Below, piece by piece: positions 30,713 through 32,000 of a DNA stretch of 32,000 nucleotides (its first letter is position 1; each line of letters opens with the position of its first letter). The stretch is from positions 120,001 through 152,000 of the forward strand of contig CP113000.1 of NCBI GenBank assembly GCA_026625185.1, in the 5' to 3' direction. The notes under the pieces are model-generated. The model had not been told where the DNA came from, searched no databases, and saw only the letters and a program-made list of their open reading frames with translations. Both the position numbers and the translations under genes were made by a program. The stretch comes from Thermodesulfobacteriota bacterium. Its GTDB lineage: Bacteria > Desulfobacterota > WTBG01 > JAGOGO01.

Positions 30713-30745
30713 AGCTATAATATAGCTAAAATATAGCCTTGTCAA
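30713..30745 (-). promoter_or_regulatory. Candidate sigma70 promoter of the long minus-strand array, with a palindromic operator over the -10
   Basis: Minus-strand TTGACA (30745-30740), 17-nt spacer, TATTAT (30722-30717). A perfect 7-1-7 palindrome AGCTATA-A-TATAGCT (30713-30727) covers the -10. Confidence 0.45.
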
Positions 30746-30777
30746 GAAAATAATTACAAATAATTACAAATAATATT
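30746..30777. repeat. Three tandem 10-bp-phased AAATAATTAC-type repeats abutting the -35, including the exact 12-mer ACAAATAATTAC (30756-30767)
   Basis: GAAAATAATTAC / AAATAATTAC / AAATAATATT. The 12-mer is identical to 9648-9659 and the reverse complement of 9558-9569. Confidence 0.6.
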
Positions 30778-30890
30778 ATCAAACAACTAAAATTACCTTT
30801 TTGGATAGACATTATGGGCAATTTATTACTAATGAGTTCCTCTAAAAATGTTTTTCCTGCGAAAGCAGTAATCCAGAACTAATCGAAATT

Positions 30891-30993
30891 ACCGGACTCC
30901 CGCACCTGTGCCTTCCAGGGTATTCGCGGGAGTGACAACCTGGGAATTATTAGAGGTGCCCTAATGGGATCCTGAAGGTTGGATTAAAACCGG
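30891..30993. other. GC-rich structured segment in a 528-nt gene-free gap (candidate ncRNA or regulatory RNA; strand unresolved)
   Basis: Hairpin 1: ACTCCCGC (30896-30903) with GCGGGAGT (30926-30933), inner CCTG/CAGG. Hairpin 2: CAACCT (30936-30941) with AGGTTG (30976-30981), inner ATTAG/CTAAT. Flanking ACCGG...CCGG. Confidence 0.25.
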
Positions 30994-31130
30994 AAAGAAG
31001 AATAATAATTTTGGTTTTTTAACTACTTGATGATTATTCCCGCACCGCCGGGATGGGGGTTGGTGTGGAAGACATTCAAGGTAAGAGTTTTATAATTTTT
31101 GGGAAGCGTTTGAAGGCAATATAAATGGTG

Positions 31131-32000
31131 CTAAAGTTCCGCCATTACCTTGCCGGTATCTTTGGTATCGTATCCGCCCATTTTGTTTATGCTTTGTTTA
31201 AACTCCGGAGACCGGATTACCTCAACCAGGGAAACTATGGGCTGCGCAGATAAATTTTCTCTGGGAATAACGAAATCATATTGTTCGTTTGTCAGGTGAA
31301 TAAAGGTTAGATTTAACATCTTGGCAGCTGACAAAATGCCTAAGCCCACATCTACTGCCCCGCTGGCAACTGCCATAGCCACTTCAAAATGAGTGTTGAC
31401 TTCTTTTTCATACCCATCAAGCCGCATTGGCTCAATGCCAACTTTCTTACATTCATAATCAAAAAGCACTCTGGTGCCGGATCCTTCTTGCCGGTTAATG
31501 ATTTTGATTGCCGTCCGGGACAAGTCCTTAATGGACAAAATGTTTAAAGGATTTTCCGGCTTTACCATTAAACCAATATCACGATAGGCTAAATTGATGA
31601 CCGTGGTTCTAATCCCCGGGAGATAACGGGAGATGTACGGGACATTGTATTGGCCGGTGTCAGGATCAAAAAGATGGCAGCCGGCTATGTGGCTGTTCCC
31701 CCTGCCCAAGGCAATAAGTCCGGCCAAACTTCCGACGTTCGAAAAAGAAAGACTATATTCAGAAAACCGTCTGCTTAATTCATGCGAGAGCAATTCTACC
31801 GTAAAATCATTGCTTCCCATGATCACGATATGATCTTTCAGCTCTCTCGGTTTGTTTTTGAGGCCGATATTTTCCTTAGCGCTTTCGACGATCCACCCTT
31901 CAACTAATCGCCTCGGAAAAGTCCACTTGCCCGTAACCTTGGTCCCCGGTATTTTCTTTTCCTTTAAAAGTTTATAAACCAGCTTTTCATTTATATTGAG
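31131..32000 (-). CDS. Transcriptional regulator: excisionase/MerR-type HTH + periplasmic-binding-protein-like (molybdate/tungstate-binding-type) sensor domain; 5' end beyond the window
   Basis: The frame stays open from 31826 up to base 32000 with no stop (hand-translated: LNINEKLVYKLLKEKKIPGTKVTGKWTFPRRLVEGWI..., an HTH). The downstream 230 aa resemble the PBP-like domain found fused to HTH in putative oxyanion-responsive regulators (IMGSNDF..., NRQEGSGTR). Confidence 0.7.
   Translation of the reverse strand, partial: LNINEKLVYKLLKEKKIPGTKVTGKWTFPRRLVEGWIVESAKENIGLKNKPRELKDHIVIMGSNDFTVELLSHELSRRFSEYSLSFSNVGSLAGLIALGRGNSHIAGCHLFDPDTGQYNVPYISRYLPGIRTTVINLAYRDIGLMVKPENPLNILSIKDLSRTAIKIINRQEGSGTRVLFDYECKKVGIEPMRLDGYEKEVNTHFEVAMAVASGAVDVGLGILSAAKMLNLTFIHLTNEQYDFVIPRENLSAQPIVSLVEVIRSPEFKQSINKMGGYDTKDTGKVMAEL

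Noticed and set aside
31633-31833. Plus-strand 66-aa ORF antisense to the regulator gene
   Set aside because: A shadow ORF within a gene whose frame is open across the whole region and carries recognisable HTH and PBP-like motifs.

Overview
This 32-kb window comes from a diderm (Gram-negative-type) bacterium, mid-40s % GC by eye. I found no rRNA, tRNA or CRISPR array. About 30 well-supported genes are present. All family assignments are from reading the translations; no searches were run.

Left end (+ strand): a ChlI-like AAA+ ATPase, a VWA-domain partner and an MBL-fold hydrolase.

4.1-9.5 kb (- strand): a TonB-dependent receptor (TBDR1) heads an operon with an ECF-type importer. The importer comprises a fused double ATPase, an EcfT/CbiQ component, an unknown 241-aa protein and a small polytopic candidate S component.

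9.8-13 kb (+ strand): a split tungstate-type ABC transporter (tupB ... tupC). It is interrupted by a single-subunit homolog of the Azotobacter Mo/W storage protein (MoSto), an antisense 69-aa gene and a PadR regulator.

13.4-14.7 kb (- strand): a YihY/BrkB-family membrane protein gene, a separate unit between the tup locus and the array below.

15.1-30.7 kb (- strand): one long co-directional array. In transcription order it contains:
- a low-GC 109-aa ORF and a 34-aa ORF
- TBDR2
- a secreted fusion protein: two YedY/sulfite-oxidase-like beta domains plus a CbiF/CobM-like tetrapyrrole-methylase fold
- a divergent CcsA-like and short ResB-like pair
- a paralog of the secreted fusion protein
- an APC permease
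- ExbB-ExbD-TonB
- an exported FmdE-domain protein
- two TupA-type binding proteins, one lacking the TTTS motif
- an outer-membrane porin

Right edge: a truncated HTH + periplasmic-binding-like (PBP-like) regulator.

The strongest candidate for an undescribed system is the periplasmic methylase-fold/CcsBA-like module, embedded in what looks like a TonB-dependent tungsten/molybdenum (or metallo-cofactor) acquisition regulon.

Non-coding observations:
- an exact 12-mer shared by the two TBDR promoter regions
- a duplicated 3'UTR/terminator module, one copy carrying a MITE-like insertion
- a relic tupA fragment
- a heptamer repeat tract
- two structured intergenic segments
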